A stretch of 64,000 nt of DNA. Source: Eledone cirrhosa. Taxonomy: Eukaryota. The position numbers and the translations under genes are program-made. The notes under the pieces were generated by a model. That model had not been told where the DNA came from and searched no databases. It saw only the letters and a list, made by a program, of their open reading frames with translations. Location: contig OZ024759.1 in assembly GCA_964016885.1 (NCBI GenBank), positions 1,798,001 through 1,862,000 of the forward strand. The letters are read 5' to 3'. Of this stretch, positions 42,830-59,900 are shown piece after piece (the stretch's first letter is position 1; the number at the start of each line of letters is the position of its first letter).

Positions 42830-45800
42830 CATGACAAAGTCTACATTAGTAACATGACAAAGTCTATATTAGTAACATGACAAGGTCTATATTAGTAACA
42901 TGACACAGTCTATATTAGTAGCATGACACAGTCTATATTAGTAACATGATACAGTCTATATTAGTAACATGACAAAGTCTATATTAGTAACATGACACAG
43001 TCTATATTAGTAACATGACAGTCTATATTAGTAACATGACAGTCTACATTAGTAACATGACACAGTCTATATTAGTAACATGACAAAGTCGATATTAGTA
43101 ACATGACAATGTCTATATTAGTAACATGACAAAGTCTATATTAGTAACATGACACAGTCTATATTACTAACATGACACAGTCTATATTAGTAACATGACA
43201 AAGTCTATATTAGTAACATGACAAAGTCTATATTAGTAACATGACAAAGTCTATATTAGTAACATGACACAGTCTATATTAGTAACATGACACAGTCTAT
43301 ATTAGTAGCATGACACAGTCTATATTAGTAACATGATACAGTCTATATTAGTAACATGACAAAGTCTATATTAGTAATATGACAAAGTCTATATTAGTAA
43401 AATGACAAAGTCTATATTAGTAACATGACAAAGTCTTTATTAGTAACATGACACAGTCTATATTAGTAACATGACACAGTCTATATTAGTAACATGACAA
43501 AGTCTATATTAGTAACATGACAAAGTCTATATTAGTAACATGACACAGTCTATATTAGTAACATGACACAGTCTATATTAGTAACATGACAAAGTCTATA
43601 TTAGTAACATGACAAAGTCTATATTAGTAACATGACACAGTCTATATTAGTAACATGACACAGTCTATATTAGTAACATGAGACAGTCTATATTAGTAGC
43701 ATGACAAAGTCTATATTAGTAACATGACACAGTCTACATTAGTAACATGACAAAGTCTATATTAGTAACATGACACAGTCTATATTAGTAACATGAGACA
43801 GTCTATATTAGTAACATGACTAAGTCTATATTAGTAACATGACACAGTCTATATTAGTAACATGACACAGTCTATATTAGTAACATGACACAGTATATAT
43901 TAGTTACATGACAAAGTCTATATTAGTAACATGACAAAGTCTATATTAGTAACATGACACAGTCTATATTAGTAACATGATGAAGTCTATATTAGTAACA
44001 TGACACAGTCTATATTAGTAACATGACACAGTCTATATTAGTAACATGAAAAAGTCTATATTAGTAACATGACAAAGTCTATATTAGTAACATGACAAAG
44101 TCTATATTAGTAACATGACAAAGTCTATATTAGTAGCATGACACAGTCTATATTAGCAACATGACAAAGTCTATATTAGTAACATGACACAGTCTATATT
44201 AGTAACATGACACAGTCTATATTAGTAACATGACACAGTCTATATTAGTAACATGACAAAGTCTACATTAGTAACATGACAAAGTCTATATTAGTAACAT
44301 GACAAGGTCTATATTAGTAACATGACACAGTCTATATTAGTAGCATGACACAGTCTATATTAGTAACATGATACAGTCTATATTAGTAACATGACAAAGT
44401 CTATATTAGTAACATGACACAGTCTATATTAGTAACATGACAGTCTATATTAGTAACATGACAGTCTACATTAGTAACATGACACAGTCTATATTAGTAA
44501 CATGACAAAGTCGATATTAGTAACATGACAATGTCTATATTAGTAACATGACAAAGTCTATATTAGTAACATGACACAGTCTATATTACTAACATGACAC
44601 AGTCTATATTAGTAACATGACAAAGTCTATATTAGTAACATGACAAAGTCTATATTAGTAACATGACAAAGTCTATATTAGTAACATGACACAGTCTATA
44701 TTAGTAACATGACACAGTCTATATTAGTAGCATGACACAGTCTATATTAGTAACATGATACAGTCTATATTAGTAACATGACAAAGTCTATATTAGTAAT
44801 ATGACAAAGTCTATATTAGTAAAATGACAAAGTCTATATTAGTAACATGACAAAGTCTTTATTAGTAACATGACACAGTCTATATTAGTAACATGACACA
44901 GTCTATATTAGTAACATGACAAAGTCTATATTAGTAACATGACAAAGTCTATATTAGTAACATGACACAGTCTATATTAGTAACATGACACAGTCTATAT
45001 TAGTAACATGACAAAGTCTATATTAGTAACATGACAAAGTCTATATTAGTAACATGACACAGTCTATATTAGTAACATGACACAGTCTATATTAGTAACA
45101 TGAGACAGTCTATATTAGTAGCATGACAAAGTCTATATTAGTAACATGACACAGTCTACATTAGTAACATGACAAAGTCTATATTAGTAACATGACACAG
45201 TCTATATTAGTAACATGAGACAGTCTATATTAGTAACATGACAAAGTCTATATTAGTAACATGACACAGTCTATATTAGTAACATGACACAGTCTATATT
45301 AGTAACATGACAAAGTCTATATTAGTAACATGACAAAGTCTATATTAGTAACATGACAAAGTCTATATTAGTAACATGACACAGTCTATACTAGTAACAT
45401 GACACAGTCTATATTAGTAACATGACAAAGTCTATATTAGTAACATGACAAAGTCTATATTAGTAACATGACAAAGTCTATATTAGTAACATGACAAAGT
45501 CTATATTAGTAGCATGACACAGTCTATATTAGCAACATGACAAAGTCTATATTAGTAACATGACACAGTCTATATTAGTAGCATGACAAAGTCTGTATTA
45601 GTAACATGACAAAGTCTATATTAGTAACATGACAAAGTCTATATTAGTAACATGACAAAGTCTATATTAGTAACATGACACAGTCTATATTAGTAACATG
45701 ACAAAGTCTATATTAGTAGCATGACAAAGTCTATATTAGTAACATGACAAAGTCTATATTAGTAACATGACAAAGTCTATATTAGTAACATGACAAAGTC

Positions 45801-47900
45801 TATATTAGTGACATGACAAAGTCGATATTAGTAACATGACAAAGTCTATATTAGTAACATGACACAGTATATATTAGTAACATGACAGTCTATATTAGTA
45901 ACATGACAGTCTACATTAGTAACATGACACAGTCTATATTAGTAACATGACAAAGTCGATATTAGTAACATGACAATGTCTATATTAGTAACATGACAAA
46001 GTCTATATTAGTAACATGACACAGTCTATATTACTAACATGACACAGTCTATATTAGTAACATGACACAGTCTATATTAGTAGCATGACACAGTCTATAT
46101 TAGTAACATGATACAGTCTATATTAGTAACATGATACAGTCTATATTAGTAACATGACAAAGTCTATATTAGTAACATGACACAGTCTATATTAGTAACA
46201 TGACAGTCTATATTAGTAACATGACAGTCTACATTAGTAACATGACACAGTCTATATTAGTAACATGACAAAGTCGATATTAGTAACATGACAATGTCTA
46301 TATTAGTAACATGACAAAGTCTATATTAGTAACATGACACAGTCTATATTACTAACATGACACAGTCTATATTAGTAACATGACAAAGTCTATATTAGTA
46401 ACATGACAAAGTCTATATTAGTAACATGACAAAGTCTATATTAGTAACATGACACAGTCTATATTAGTAACATGACACAGTCTATATTAGTAGCATGACA
46501 CAGTCTATATTAGTAACATGATACAGTCTATATTAGTAACATGACAAAGTCTATATTAGTAATATGACAAAGTCTATATTAGTAAAATGACAAAGTCTAT
46601 ATTAGTAACATGACAAAGTCTTTATTAGTAACATGACACAGTCTATATTAGTAACATGACACAGTCTATATTAGTAACATGACAAAGTCTATATTAGTAA
46701 CATGACAAAGTCTATATTAGTAACATGACACAGTCTATATTAGTAACATGACACAGTCTATATTAGTAACATGACAAAGTCTATATTAGTAACATGACAA
46801 AGTCTATATTAGTAACATGACACAGTCTATATTAGTAACATGACACAGTCTATATTAGTAACATGAGACAGTCTATATTAGTAGCATGACAAAGTCTATA
46901 TTAGTAACATGACACAGTCTACATTAGTAACATGACAAAGTCTATATTAGTAACATGACACAGTCTATATTAGTAACATGAGACAGTCTATATTAGTAAC
47001 ATGACAAAGTCTATATTAGTAACATGACACAGTCTATATTAGTAACATGCCACAGTCTATATTAGTAACATGACAAAGTCTATATTAGTAACATGACAAA
47101 GTCTATATTAGTAACATGACAAAGTCTATATTAGTAACATGACACAGTCTATACTAGTAACATGACACAGTCTATATTAGTAACATGACAAAGTCTATAT
47201 TAGTAACATGACAAAGTCTATATTAGTAACATGACAAAGTCTATATTAGTAACATGACAAAGTCTATATTAGTAGCATGACACAGTCTATATTAGCAACA
47301 TGACAAAGTCTATATTAGTAACATGACACAGTCTATATTAGTAGCATGACAAAGTCTGTATTAGTAACATGACAAAGTCTATATTAGTAACATGACAAAG
47401 TCTATATTAGTAACATGACAAAGTCTATATTAGTAACATGACACAGTCTATATTAGTAACATGACAAAGTCTATATTAGTAGCATGACAAAGTCTATATT
47501 AGTAACATGACAAAGTCTATATTAGTAACATGAGAAAGTCTATATTAGTAACATGACAAAGTCTATATTAGTGACATGACAAAGTCGATATTAGTAACAT
47601 GACAAAGTCTATATTAGTAACATGACACAGTATATATTAGTAACATGACAGTCTATATTAGTAACATGACAGTCTACATTAGTAACATGACACAGTCTAT
47701 ATTAGTAACATGACAAAGTCGATATTAGTAACATGACAATGTCTATATTAGTAACATGACAAAGTCTATATTAGTAACATGACACAGTCTATATTACTAA
47801 CATGACACAGTCTATATTAGTAACATGACACAGTCTATATTAGTAGCATGACACAGTCTATATTAGTAACATGATACAGTCTATATTAGTAACATGACAA
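42830..47900 (+). repeat. Internal sub-duplications of 1,422 bp (62 monomers) and 1,763 bp (77 monomers) within the 12-kb unit
   Basis: The GTCTTT marker lies at 43433, 44855 and 46618. 62x23 - 4 = 1,422 and 77x23 - 8 = 1,763. Confidence 0.8.
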
Positions 47901-50900
47901 AGTCTATATTAGTAACATGACACAGTCTATATTAGTAACATGACACAGTCTATATTAGTAGCATGACACAGTCTATATTAGTAACATGATACAGTCTATA
48001 TTAGTAACATGACAAAGTCTATATTAGTAACATGACAAAGTCTATATTAGTAAAATGACAAAGTCTATATTAGTAACATGACAAAGTCTTTATTAGTAAC
48101 ATTACACAGTCTATATTAGTAACATGACAAAGTCTACATTAGTAACATGACAAAGTCTATATTAGTAACATGACAAGGTCTATATTAGTAACATGACACA
48201 GTCTATATTAGTAGCATGACACAGTCTATATTAGTAACATGATACAGTCTATATTAGTAACATGACAAAGTCTATATTAGTAACATGACACAGTCTATAT
48301 TAGTAACATGACAGTCTATATTAGTAACATGACAGTCTACATTAGTAACATGACACAGTCTATATTAGTAACATGACAAAGTCGATATTAGTAACATGAC
48401 AATGTCTATATTAGTAACATGACAAAGTCTATATTAGTAACATGACACAGTCTATATTAGTAACATGAAAAAGTCTATATTAGTAACATGACAAAGTCTA
48501 TATTAGTAACATGACAAAGTCTATATTAGTAACATGACAAAGTCTATATTAGTAGCATGACACAGTCTATATTAGCAACATGACAAAGTCTATATTAGTA
48601 ACATGACACAGTCTATATTAGTAACATGACACAGTCTATATTAGTAACATGACACAGTCTATATTAGTAACATGACAAAGTCTACATTAGTAACATTACA
48701 AAGTCTATATTAGTAACATGACAAGGTCTATATTAGTAACATGACACAGTCTATATTAGTAGCATGACACAGTCTATATTAGTAACATGACAGTCTATAT
48801 TAGTAACATGACACAGTCTATATTAGTAACATGATACAGTCTATATTAGTAACATGACAAAGTCTATATTAGTAACATGACACAGTCTATATTAGTAACA
48901 TGACAGTCTATATTAGTAACATGACAGTCTACATTAGTAACATGACACAGTCTATATTAGTAACATGACAAAGTCGATATTAGTAACATGACAATGTCTA
49001 TATTAGTAACATGACAAAGTCTATATTAGTAACATGACACAGTCTATATTACTAACATGACACAGTCTATATTAGTAACATGACAAAGTCTATATTAGTA
49101 ACATGACAAAGTCTATATTAGTAACATGACAAAGTCTATATTAGTAACATGACACAGTCTATATTAGTAACATGACACAGTCTAGATTAGTAACATGACA
49201 CAGTCTATATTAGTAACATGAGACAGTCTATATTAGTAGCATGACAAAGTCTATATTAGTAACATGACACAGTCTACATTAGTAACATGACAAAGTCTAT
49301 ATTAGTAACATGACACAGTCTATATTAGTAACATGAGACAGTCTATATTAGTAACATGACAAAGTCTATATTAGTAACATGACACAGTCTATATTAGTAA
49401 CATGACAAAGTCTATATTAGTAACATGACAAAGTCTATATTAGTAACATGACAAAGTCTATATTAGTAACATGACAAAGTCTATATTAGTAGCATGACAC
49501 AGTCTATATTAGTAACATGACACAGTCTATATTAGTAACATGACACAGTCTATATTATTAACATGAGTCAGTCTATATTAGTAACATGACTAAGTCTATA
49601 TTAGTAACATGACACAGTCTATATTAGCAACATGACAAAGTCTATATTAGTAACATGACACAGTCTATATTAGTAACATGACACAGTCTATATTAGTAAC
49701 ATGACACAGTCTATATTAGTAACATGACAAAGTCTACATTAGTAACATGACAAAGTCTATATTAGTAACATGACAAGGTCTATATTAGTAACATGACACA
49801 GTCTATATTAGTAGCATGACACAGTCTATATTAGTAACATGATACAGTCTATATTAGTAACATGAAAAAGTCTATATTAGTAACATGACACAGTCTATAT
49901 TAGTAACATGACAGTCTATATTAGTAACATGACAGTCTACATTAGTAACATGACACAGTCTATATTAGTAACATGACAAAGTCGATATTAGTAACATGAC
50001 AATGTCTATATTAGTAACATGACAAAGTCTATATTAGTAACATGACACAGTCTATATTACTAACATGACACAGTCTATATTAGTAACATGACAAAGTCTA
50101 TATTAGTAACATGACACAGTCTATATTAGTAACATGACAAAGTCTACATTAGTAACATGACAAAGTCTATATTAGTAACATGACAAGGTCTATATTAGTA
50201 ACATGACACAGTCTATATTAGTAGCATGACACAGTCTATATTAGTAACATGATACAGTCTATATTAGTAACATGACAAAGTCTATATTAGTAACATGACA
50301 CAGTCTATATTAGTAACATGACAGTCTATATTAGTAACATGACAGTCTACATTAGTAACATGACACAGTCTATATTAGTAACATGACACAGTCTAGATTA
50401 GTAACATGACACAGTCTATATTAGTAACATGAGACAGTCTATATTAGTAGCATGACAAAGTCTATATTAGTAACATGACACAGTCTACATTAGTAACATG
50501 ACAAAGTCTATATTAGTAACATGACACAGTCTATATTAGTAACATGAGACAGTCTATATTAGTAATATGACAAAGTCTATATTAGTAACATGACACAGTC
50601 TATATTAGTAACATGACAAAGTCTATATTAGCAACATGACAAGGTCTATATTAGTAACATGACAAAGTCTATATTAGTAACATGACAAAGTCTATATTAG
50701 TAGCATGACACAGTCTATATTAGTAACATGACACAGTCTATATTAGTAACATGACACAGTCTATATTATTAGCATGACAAAGTCTATATTAGTAACATGA
50801 CACAGTCTATATTAGTAACATGAGACAGTCTATATTAGTAACATGACAAAGTCTATATTAGTAACATGACACAGTCTATATTAGTAACATGACACAGTAT

Positions 50901-53900
50901 ATATTAGTTACATGACAAAGTCTATATTAGTAACATGACAAAGTCTATATTAGTAACATGACACAGTCTATATTAGTAACATGACGAAGTCTATATTAGT
51001 AACATGACACAGTCTATATTAGTAACATGACACAGTCTATATTAGTAACATGAAAAAGTCTATATTAGTAACATGACAAAGTCTATATTAGTAACATGAC
51101 AAAGTCTATATTAGTAACATGACAAAGTCTATATTAGTAGCATGACACAGTCTATATTAGCAACATGACAAAGTCTATATTAGTAACATGACACAGTCTA
51201 TATTAGTAACATGACACAGTCTATATTAGTAACATGACACAGTCTATATTAGTAACATGACAAAGTCTACATTAGTAACATGACAAAGTCTATATTAGTA
51301 ACATGACAAGGTCTATATTAGTAACATGACACAGTCTATATTAGTAGCATGACACAGTCTATATTAGTACCATGATACAGTCTATATTAGTAACATGACA
51401 AAGTCTATATTAGTAACATGACACAGTCTATATTAGTAACATGACAGTCTATATTAGTAACATGACAGTCTACATTAGTAACATGACACAGTCTATATTA
51501 GTAACATGACAAAGTCGATATTAGTAACATGACAATGTCTATATTAGTAACATGACAAAGTCTATATTAGTAACATGACACAGTCTATATTACTAACATG
51601 ACACAGTCTATATTAGTAACATGACAAAGTCTACATTAGTAACATGACAAAGTCTATATTAGTAACATGACAAGGTCTATATTAGTAACATGACACAGTC
51701 TATATTAGTAGCATGACACAGTCTATATTAGTAACATGATACAGTCTATATTAGTAACATGACAAAGTCTATATTAGTAACATGACACAGTCTATATTAG
51801 TAACATGACAGTCTATATTAGTAACATGACAGTCTACATTAGTAACATGACACAGTCTATATTAGTAACATGACAAAGTCGATATTAGTAACATGACAAT
51901 GTCTATATTAGTAACATGACAAAGTCTATATTAGTAACATGACACAGTCTATATTACTAACATGACACAGTCTATATTAGTAACATGACAAAGTCTATAT
52001 TAGTAACATGACACAGTCTATATTAGTAACATGACAAAGTCTACATTAGTAACATGACAAAGTCTATATTAGTAACATGACAAGGTCTATATTAGTAACA
52101 TGACACAGTCTATATTAGTAGCATGACACAGTCTATATTAGTAACATGATACAGTCTATATTAGTAACATGACAAAGTCTATATTAGTAACATGACACAG
52201 TCTATATTAGTAACATGACAGTCTATATTAGTAACATGACAGTCTACATTAGTAACATGACACAGTCTATATTAGTAACATGACAAAGTCGATATTAGTA
52301 ACATGACAATGTCTATATTAGTAACATGACAAAGTCTATATTAGTAACATGACACAGTCTATATTACTAACATGACACAGTCTATATTAGTAACATGACA
52401 AAGTCTATATTAGTAACATGACACAGTCTATATTAGTAACATGACAAAGTCTACTTTAGTAACATGACAAAGTCTATATTAGTAACATGACAAGGTCTAT
52501 ATTAGTAACATGACACAGTCTATATTAGTAGCATGACACAGTCTATATTAGTAACATGATACAGTCTATATTAGTAACATGACAAAGTCTATATTAGTAA
52601 CATGACACAGTCTATATTAGTAACATGACAGTCTATATTAGTAACATGACAGTCTACATTAGTAACATGACACAGTCTATATTAGTAACATGACACAGTC
52701 TAGATTAGTAACATGACACAGTCTATATTAGTAACATGAGACAGTCTATATTAGTAGCATGACAAAGTCTATATTAGTAACATGACACAGTCTACATTAG
52801 TAACATGACAAAGTCTATATTAGTAACATGACACAGTCTATATTAGTAACATGAGACAGTCTATATTAGTAATATGACAAAGTCTATATTAGTAACATGA
52901 CACAGTCTATATTAGTAACATGACAAAGTCTATATTAGTAACATGACAAGGTCTATATTAGTAACATGACAAAGTCTATATTAGTAACATGACAAAGTCT
53001 ATATTAGTAGCATGACACAGTCTATATTAGTAACATGACACAGTCTATATTAGTAACATGACACAGTCTATATTATTAGCATGACAAAGTCTATATTAGT
53101 AACATGACACAGTCTATATTAGTAACATGAGACAGTCTATATTAGTAACATGACTAAGTCTATATTAGTAACATGACACAGTCTATATTAGTAACATGAC
53201 ACAGTATATATTAGTTACATGACAAAGTCTATATTAGTAACATGACAAAGTCTATATTAGTAACATGACACAGTCTATATTAGTAACATGACGAAGTCTA
53301 TATTAGTAACATGACACAGTCTATATTAGTAACATGACACAGTCTATATTAGTAACATGAAAAAGTCTATATTAGTAACATGACAAAGTCTATATTAGTA
53401 ACATGACAAAGTCTATATTAGTAACATGACAAAGTCTATATTAGTAGCATGACACAGTCTATATTAGCAACATGACAAAGTCTATATTAGTAACATGACA
53501 CAGTCTATATTAGTAACATGACACAGTCTATATTAGTAACATGACACAGTCTATATTAGTAACATGACAAAGTCTACATTAGTAACATGACAAAGTCTAT
53601 ATTAGTAACATGACAAGGTCTATATTAGTAACATGACACAGTCTATATTAGTAGCATGACACAGTCTATATTAGTAACATGATACAGTCTATATTAGTAA
53701 CATGACAAAGTCTATATTAGTAACATGACACAGTCTATATTAGTAACATGACAGTCTATATTAGTAACATGACAGTCTACATTAGTAACATGACACAGTC
53801 TATATTAGTAACATGACAAAGTCGATATTAGTAACATGACAATGTCTATATTAGTAACATGACAAAGTCTATATTAGTAACATGACACAGTCTATATTAC

Positions 53901-56900
53901 TAACATGACACAGTCTATATTAGTAACATGACAAAGTCTACATTAGTAACATGACAAAGTCTATATTAGTAACATGACAAGGTCTATATTAGTAACATGA
54001 CACAGTCTATATTAGTAGCATGACACAGTCTATATTAGTAACATGATACAGTCTATATTAGTAACATGACAAAGTCTATATTAGTAACATGACACAGTCT
54101 ATATTAGTAACATGACAGTCTATATTAGTAACATGACAGTCTACATTAGTAACATGACACAGTCTATATTAGTAACATGACAAAGTCGATATTAGTAACA
54201 TGACAATGTCTATATTAGTAACATGACAAAGTCTATATTAGTAACATGACACAGTCTATATTACTAACATGACACAGTCTATATTAGTAACATGACAAAG
54301 TCTATATTAGTAACATGACACAGTCTATATTAGTAACATGACAAAGTCTACATTAGTAACATGACAAAGTCTATATTAGTAACATGACAAGGTCTATATT
54401 AGTAACATGACACAGTCTATATTAGTAGCATGACACAGTCTATATTAGTAACATGATACAGTCTATATTAGTAACATGACAAAGTCTATATTAGTAACAT
54501 GACACAGTCTATATTAGTAACATGACAGTCTATATTAGTAACATGACAGTCTACATTAGTAACATGACACAGTCTATATTAGTAACATGACACAGTCTAG
54601 ATTAGTAACATGACACAGTCTATATTAGTAACATGAGACAGTCTATATTAGTACCATGACAAAGTCTATATTAGTAACATGACACAGTCTACATTAGTAA
54701 CATGACAAAGTCTATATTAGTAACATGACACAGTCTATATTAGTAACATGATGAAGTCTATATTAGTAACATGACACAGTCTATATTAGTAACATGACAC
54801 AGTCTATATTAGTAACATGACACAGTCTATATTAGTAACATGACAAAGTCTACATTAGTAACATGACAAAGTCTATATTAGTAACATGACAAGGTCTATA
54901 TTAGTAACATGACACAGTCTATATTAGTAGCATGACACAGTCTATATTAGTAACATGATACAGTCTATATTAGTAACATGACAAAGTCTATATTAGTAAC
55001 ATGACACAGTCTATATTAGTAACATGACAGTCTATATTAGTAACATGACAGTCTACATTAGTAACATGACACAGTCTATATTAGTAACATGACAAAGTCG
55101 ATATTAGTAACATGACAATGTCTATATTAGTAACATGACAAAGTCTATATTAGTAACATGACACAGTCTATATTACTAACATGACACAGTCTATATTAGT
55201 AACATGACAAAGTCTATATTAGTAACATGACAAAGTCTATATTAGTAACATGACAAAGTCTATATTAGTAACATGACACAGTCTATATTAGTAACATGAC
55301 ACAGTCTATATTAGTAGCATGACACAGTCTATATTAGTAACATGATACAGTCTATATTAGTAACATGACAAAGTCTATATTAGTAATATGACAAAGTCTA
55401 TATTAGTAAAATGACAAAGTCTATATTAGTAACATGACAAAGTCTTTATTAGTAACATGACACAGTCTATATTAGTAACATGACACAGTCTATATTAGTA
55501 ACATGACAAAGTCTATATTAGTAACATGACAAAGTCTATATTAGTAACATGACACAGTCTATATTAGTAACATGACACAGTCTATATTAGTAACATGACA
55601 AAGTCTATATTAGTAACATGACAAAGTCTATATTAGTAACATGACACAGTCTATATTAGTAACATGACACAGTCTATATTAGTAACATGAGACAGTCTAT
55701 ATTAGTAGCATGACAAAGTCTATATTAGTAACATGACACAGTCTACATTAGTAACATGACAAAGTCTATATTAGTAACATGACACAGTCTATATTAGTAA
55801 CATGAGACAGTCTATATTAGTAACATGACTAAGTCTATATTAGTAACATGACACAGTCTATATTAGTAACATGACACAGTCTATATTAGTAACATGACAC
55901 AGTATATATTAGTTACATGACAAAGTCTATATTAGTAACATGACAAAGTCTATATTAGTAACATGACACAGTCTATATTAGTAACATGATGAAGTCTATA
56001 TTAGTAACATGACACAGTCTATATTAGTAACATGACACAGTCTATATTAGTAACATGAAAAAGTCTATATTAGTAACATGACAAAGTCTATATTAGTAAC
56101 ATGACAAAGTCTATATTAGTAACATGACAAAGTCTATATTAGTAGCATGACACAGTCTATATTAGCAACATGACAAAGTCTATATTAGTAACATGACACA
56201 GTCTATATTAGTAACATGACACAGTCTATATTAGTAACATGACACAGTCTATATTAGTAACATGACAAAGTCTACATTAGTAACATGACAAAGTCTATAT
56301 TAGTAACATGACAAGGTCTATATTAGTAACATGACACAGTCTATATTAGTAGCATGACACAGTCTATATTAGTAACATGATACAGTCTATATTAGTAACA
56401 TGACAAAGTCTATATTAGTAACATGACACAGTCTATATTAGTAACATGACAGTCTATATTAGTAACATGACAGTCTACATTAGTAACATGACACAGTCTA
56501 TATTAGTAACATGACAAAGTCGATATTAGTAACATGACAATGTCTATATTAGTAACATGACAAAGTCTATATTAGTAACATGACACAGTCTATATTACTA
56601 ACATGACACAGTCTATATTAGTAACATGACAAAGTCTATATTAGTAACATGACAAAGTCTATATTAGTAACATGACAAAGTCTATATTAGTAACATGACA
56701 CAGTCTATATTAGTAACATGACACAGTCTATATTAGTAGCATGACACAGTCTATATTAGTAACATGATACAGTCTATATTAGTAACATGACAAAGTCTAT
56801 ATTAGTAATATGACAAAGTCTATATTAGTAAAATGACAAAGTCTATATTAGTAACATGACAAAGTCTTTATTAGTAACATGACACAGTCTATATTAGTAA

Positions 56901-59900
56901 CATGACACAGTCTATATTAGTAACATGACAAAGTCTATATTAGTAACATGACAAAGTCTATATTAGTAACATGACACAGTCTATATTAGTAACATGACAC
57001 AGTCTATATTAGTAACATGACAAAGTCTATATTAGTAACATGACAAAGTCTATATTAGTAACATGACACAGTCTATATTAGTAACATGACACAGTCTATA
57101 TTAGTAACATGAGACAGTCTATATTAGTAGCATGACAAAGTCTATATTAGTAACATGACACAGTCTACATTAGTAACATGACAAAGTCTATATTAGTAAC
57201 ATGACACAGTCTATATTAGTAACATGAGACAGTCTATATTAGTAACATGACAAAGTCTATATTAGTAACATGACACAGTCTATATTAGTAACATGACACA
57301 GTCTATATTAGTAACATGACAAAGTCTATATTAGTAACATGACAAAGTCTATATTAGTAACATGACAAAGTCTATATTAGTAACATGACACAGTCTATAC
57401 TAGTAACATGACACAGTCTATATTAGTAACATGACAAAGTCTATATTAGTAACATGACAAAGTCTATATTAGTAACATGACAAAGTCTATATTAGTAACA
57501 TGACAAAGTCTATATTAGTAGCATGACACAGTCTATATTAGCAACATGACAAAGTCTATATTAGTAACATGACACAGTCTATATTAGTAGCATGACAAAG
57601 TCTGTATTAGTAACATGACAAAGTCTATATTAGTAACATGACAAAGTCTATATTAGTAACATGACAAAGTCTATATTAGTAACATGACACAGTCTATATT
57701 AGTAACATGACAAAGTCTATATTAGTAGCATGACAAAGTCTATATTAGTAACATGACAAAGTCTATATTAGTAACATGACAAAGTCTATATTAGTAACAT
57801 GACAAAGTCTATATTAGTGACATGACAAAGTCGATATTAGTAACATGACAAAGTCTATATTAGTAACATGACACAGTATATATTAGTAACATGACAGTCT
57901 ATATTAGTAACATGACAGTCTACATTAGTAACATGACACAGTCTATATTAGTAACATGACAAAGTCGATATTAGTAACATGACAATGTCTATATTAGTAA
58001 CATGACAAAGTCTATATTAGTAACATGACACAGTCTATATTACTAACATGACACAGTCTATATTAGTAACATGACACAGTCTATATTAGTAGCATGACAC
58101 AGTCTATATTAGTAACATGATACAGTCTATATTAGTAACATGATACAGTCTATATTAGTAACATGACAAAGTCTATATTAGTAACATGACACAGTCTATA
58201 TTAGTAACATGACAGTCTATATTAGTAACATGACAGTCTACATTAGTAACATGACACAGTCTATATTAGTAACATGACAAAGTCGATATTAGTAACATGA
58301 CAATGTCTATATTAGTAACATGACAAAGTCTATATTAGTAACATGACACAGTCTATATTACTAACATGACACAGTCTATATTAGTAACATGACAAAGTCT
58401 ATATTAGTAACATGACAAAGTCTATATTAGTAACATGACAAAGTCTATATTAGTAACATGACACAGTCTATATTAGTAACATGACACAGTCTATATTAGT
58501 AGCATGACACAGTCTATATTAGTAACATGATACAGTCTATATTAGTAACATGACAAAGTCTATATTAGTAATATGACAAAGTCTATATTAGTAAAATGAC
58601 AAAGTCTATATTAGTAACATGACAAAGTCTTTATTAGTAACATGACACAGTCTATATTAGTAACATGACACAGTCTATATTAGTAACATGACAAAGTCTA
58701 TATTAGTAACATGACAAAGTCTATATTAGTAACATGACACAGTCTATATTAGTAACATGACACAGTCTATATTAGTAACATGACAAAGTCTATATTAGTA
58801 ACATGACAAAGTCTATATTAGTAACATGACACAGTCTATATTAGTAACATGACACAGTCTATATTAGTAACATGAGACAGTCTATATTAGTAGCATGACA
58901 AAGTCTATATTAGTAACATGACACAGTCTACATTAGTAACATGACAAAGTCTATATTAGTAACATGACACAGTCTATATTAGTAACATGAGACAGTCTAT
59001 ATTAGTAACATGACAAAGTCTATATTAGTAACATGACACAGTCTATATTAGTAACATGCCACAGTCTATATTAGTAACATGACAAAGTCTATATTAGTAA
59101 CATGACAAAGTCTATATTAGTAACATGACAAAGTCTATATTAGTAACATGACACAGTCTATACTAGTAACATGACACAGTCTATATTAGTAACATGACAA
59201 AGTCTATATTAGTAACATGACAAAGTCTATATTAGTAACATGACAAAGTCTATATTAGTAACATGACAAAGTCTATATTAGTAGCATGACACAGTCTATA
59301 TTAGCAACATGACAAAGTCTATATTAGTAACATGACACAGTCTATATTAGTAGCATGACAAAGTCTGTATTAGTAACATGACAAAGTCTATATTAGTAAC
59401 ATGACAAAGTCTATATTAGTAACATGACAAAGTCTATATTAGTAACATGACACAGTCTATATTAGTAACATGACAAAGTCTATATTAGTAGCATGACAAA
59501 GTCTATATTAGTAACATGACAAAGTCTATATTAGTAACATGAGAAAGTCTATATTAGTAACATGACAAAGTCTATATTAGTGACATGACAAAGTCGATAT
59601 TAGTAACATGACAAAGTCTATATTAGTAACATGACACAGTATATATTAGTAACATGACAGTCTATATTAGTAACATGACAGTCTACATTAGTAACATGAC
59701 ACAGTCTATATTAGTAACATGACAAAGTCGATATTAGTAACATGACAATGTCTATATTAGTAACATGACAAAGTCTATATTAGTAACATGACACAGTCTA
59801 TATTACTAACATGACACAGTCTATATTAGTAACATGACACAGTCTATATTAGTAGCATGACACAGTCTATATTAGTAACATGATACAGTCTATATTAGTA

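Noticed and set aside
6298-49570. Transcription-factor-like motifs in variants (TGAGTCA/TGACTCA AP-1-like, TGACAG TALE-homeodomain-like in 21-mers)
   Set aside because: These are short motifs one or two changes from consensus, expected by chance, with no gene context.
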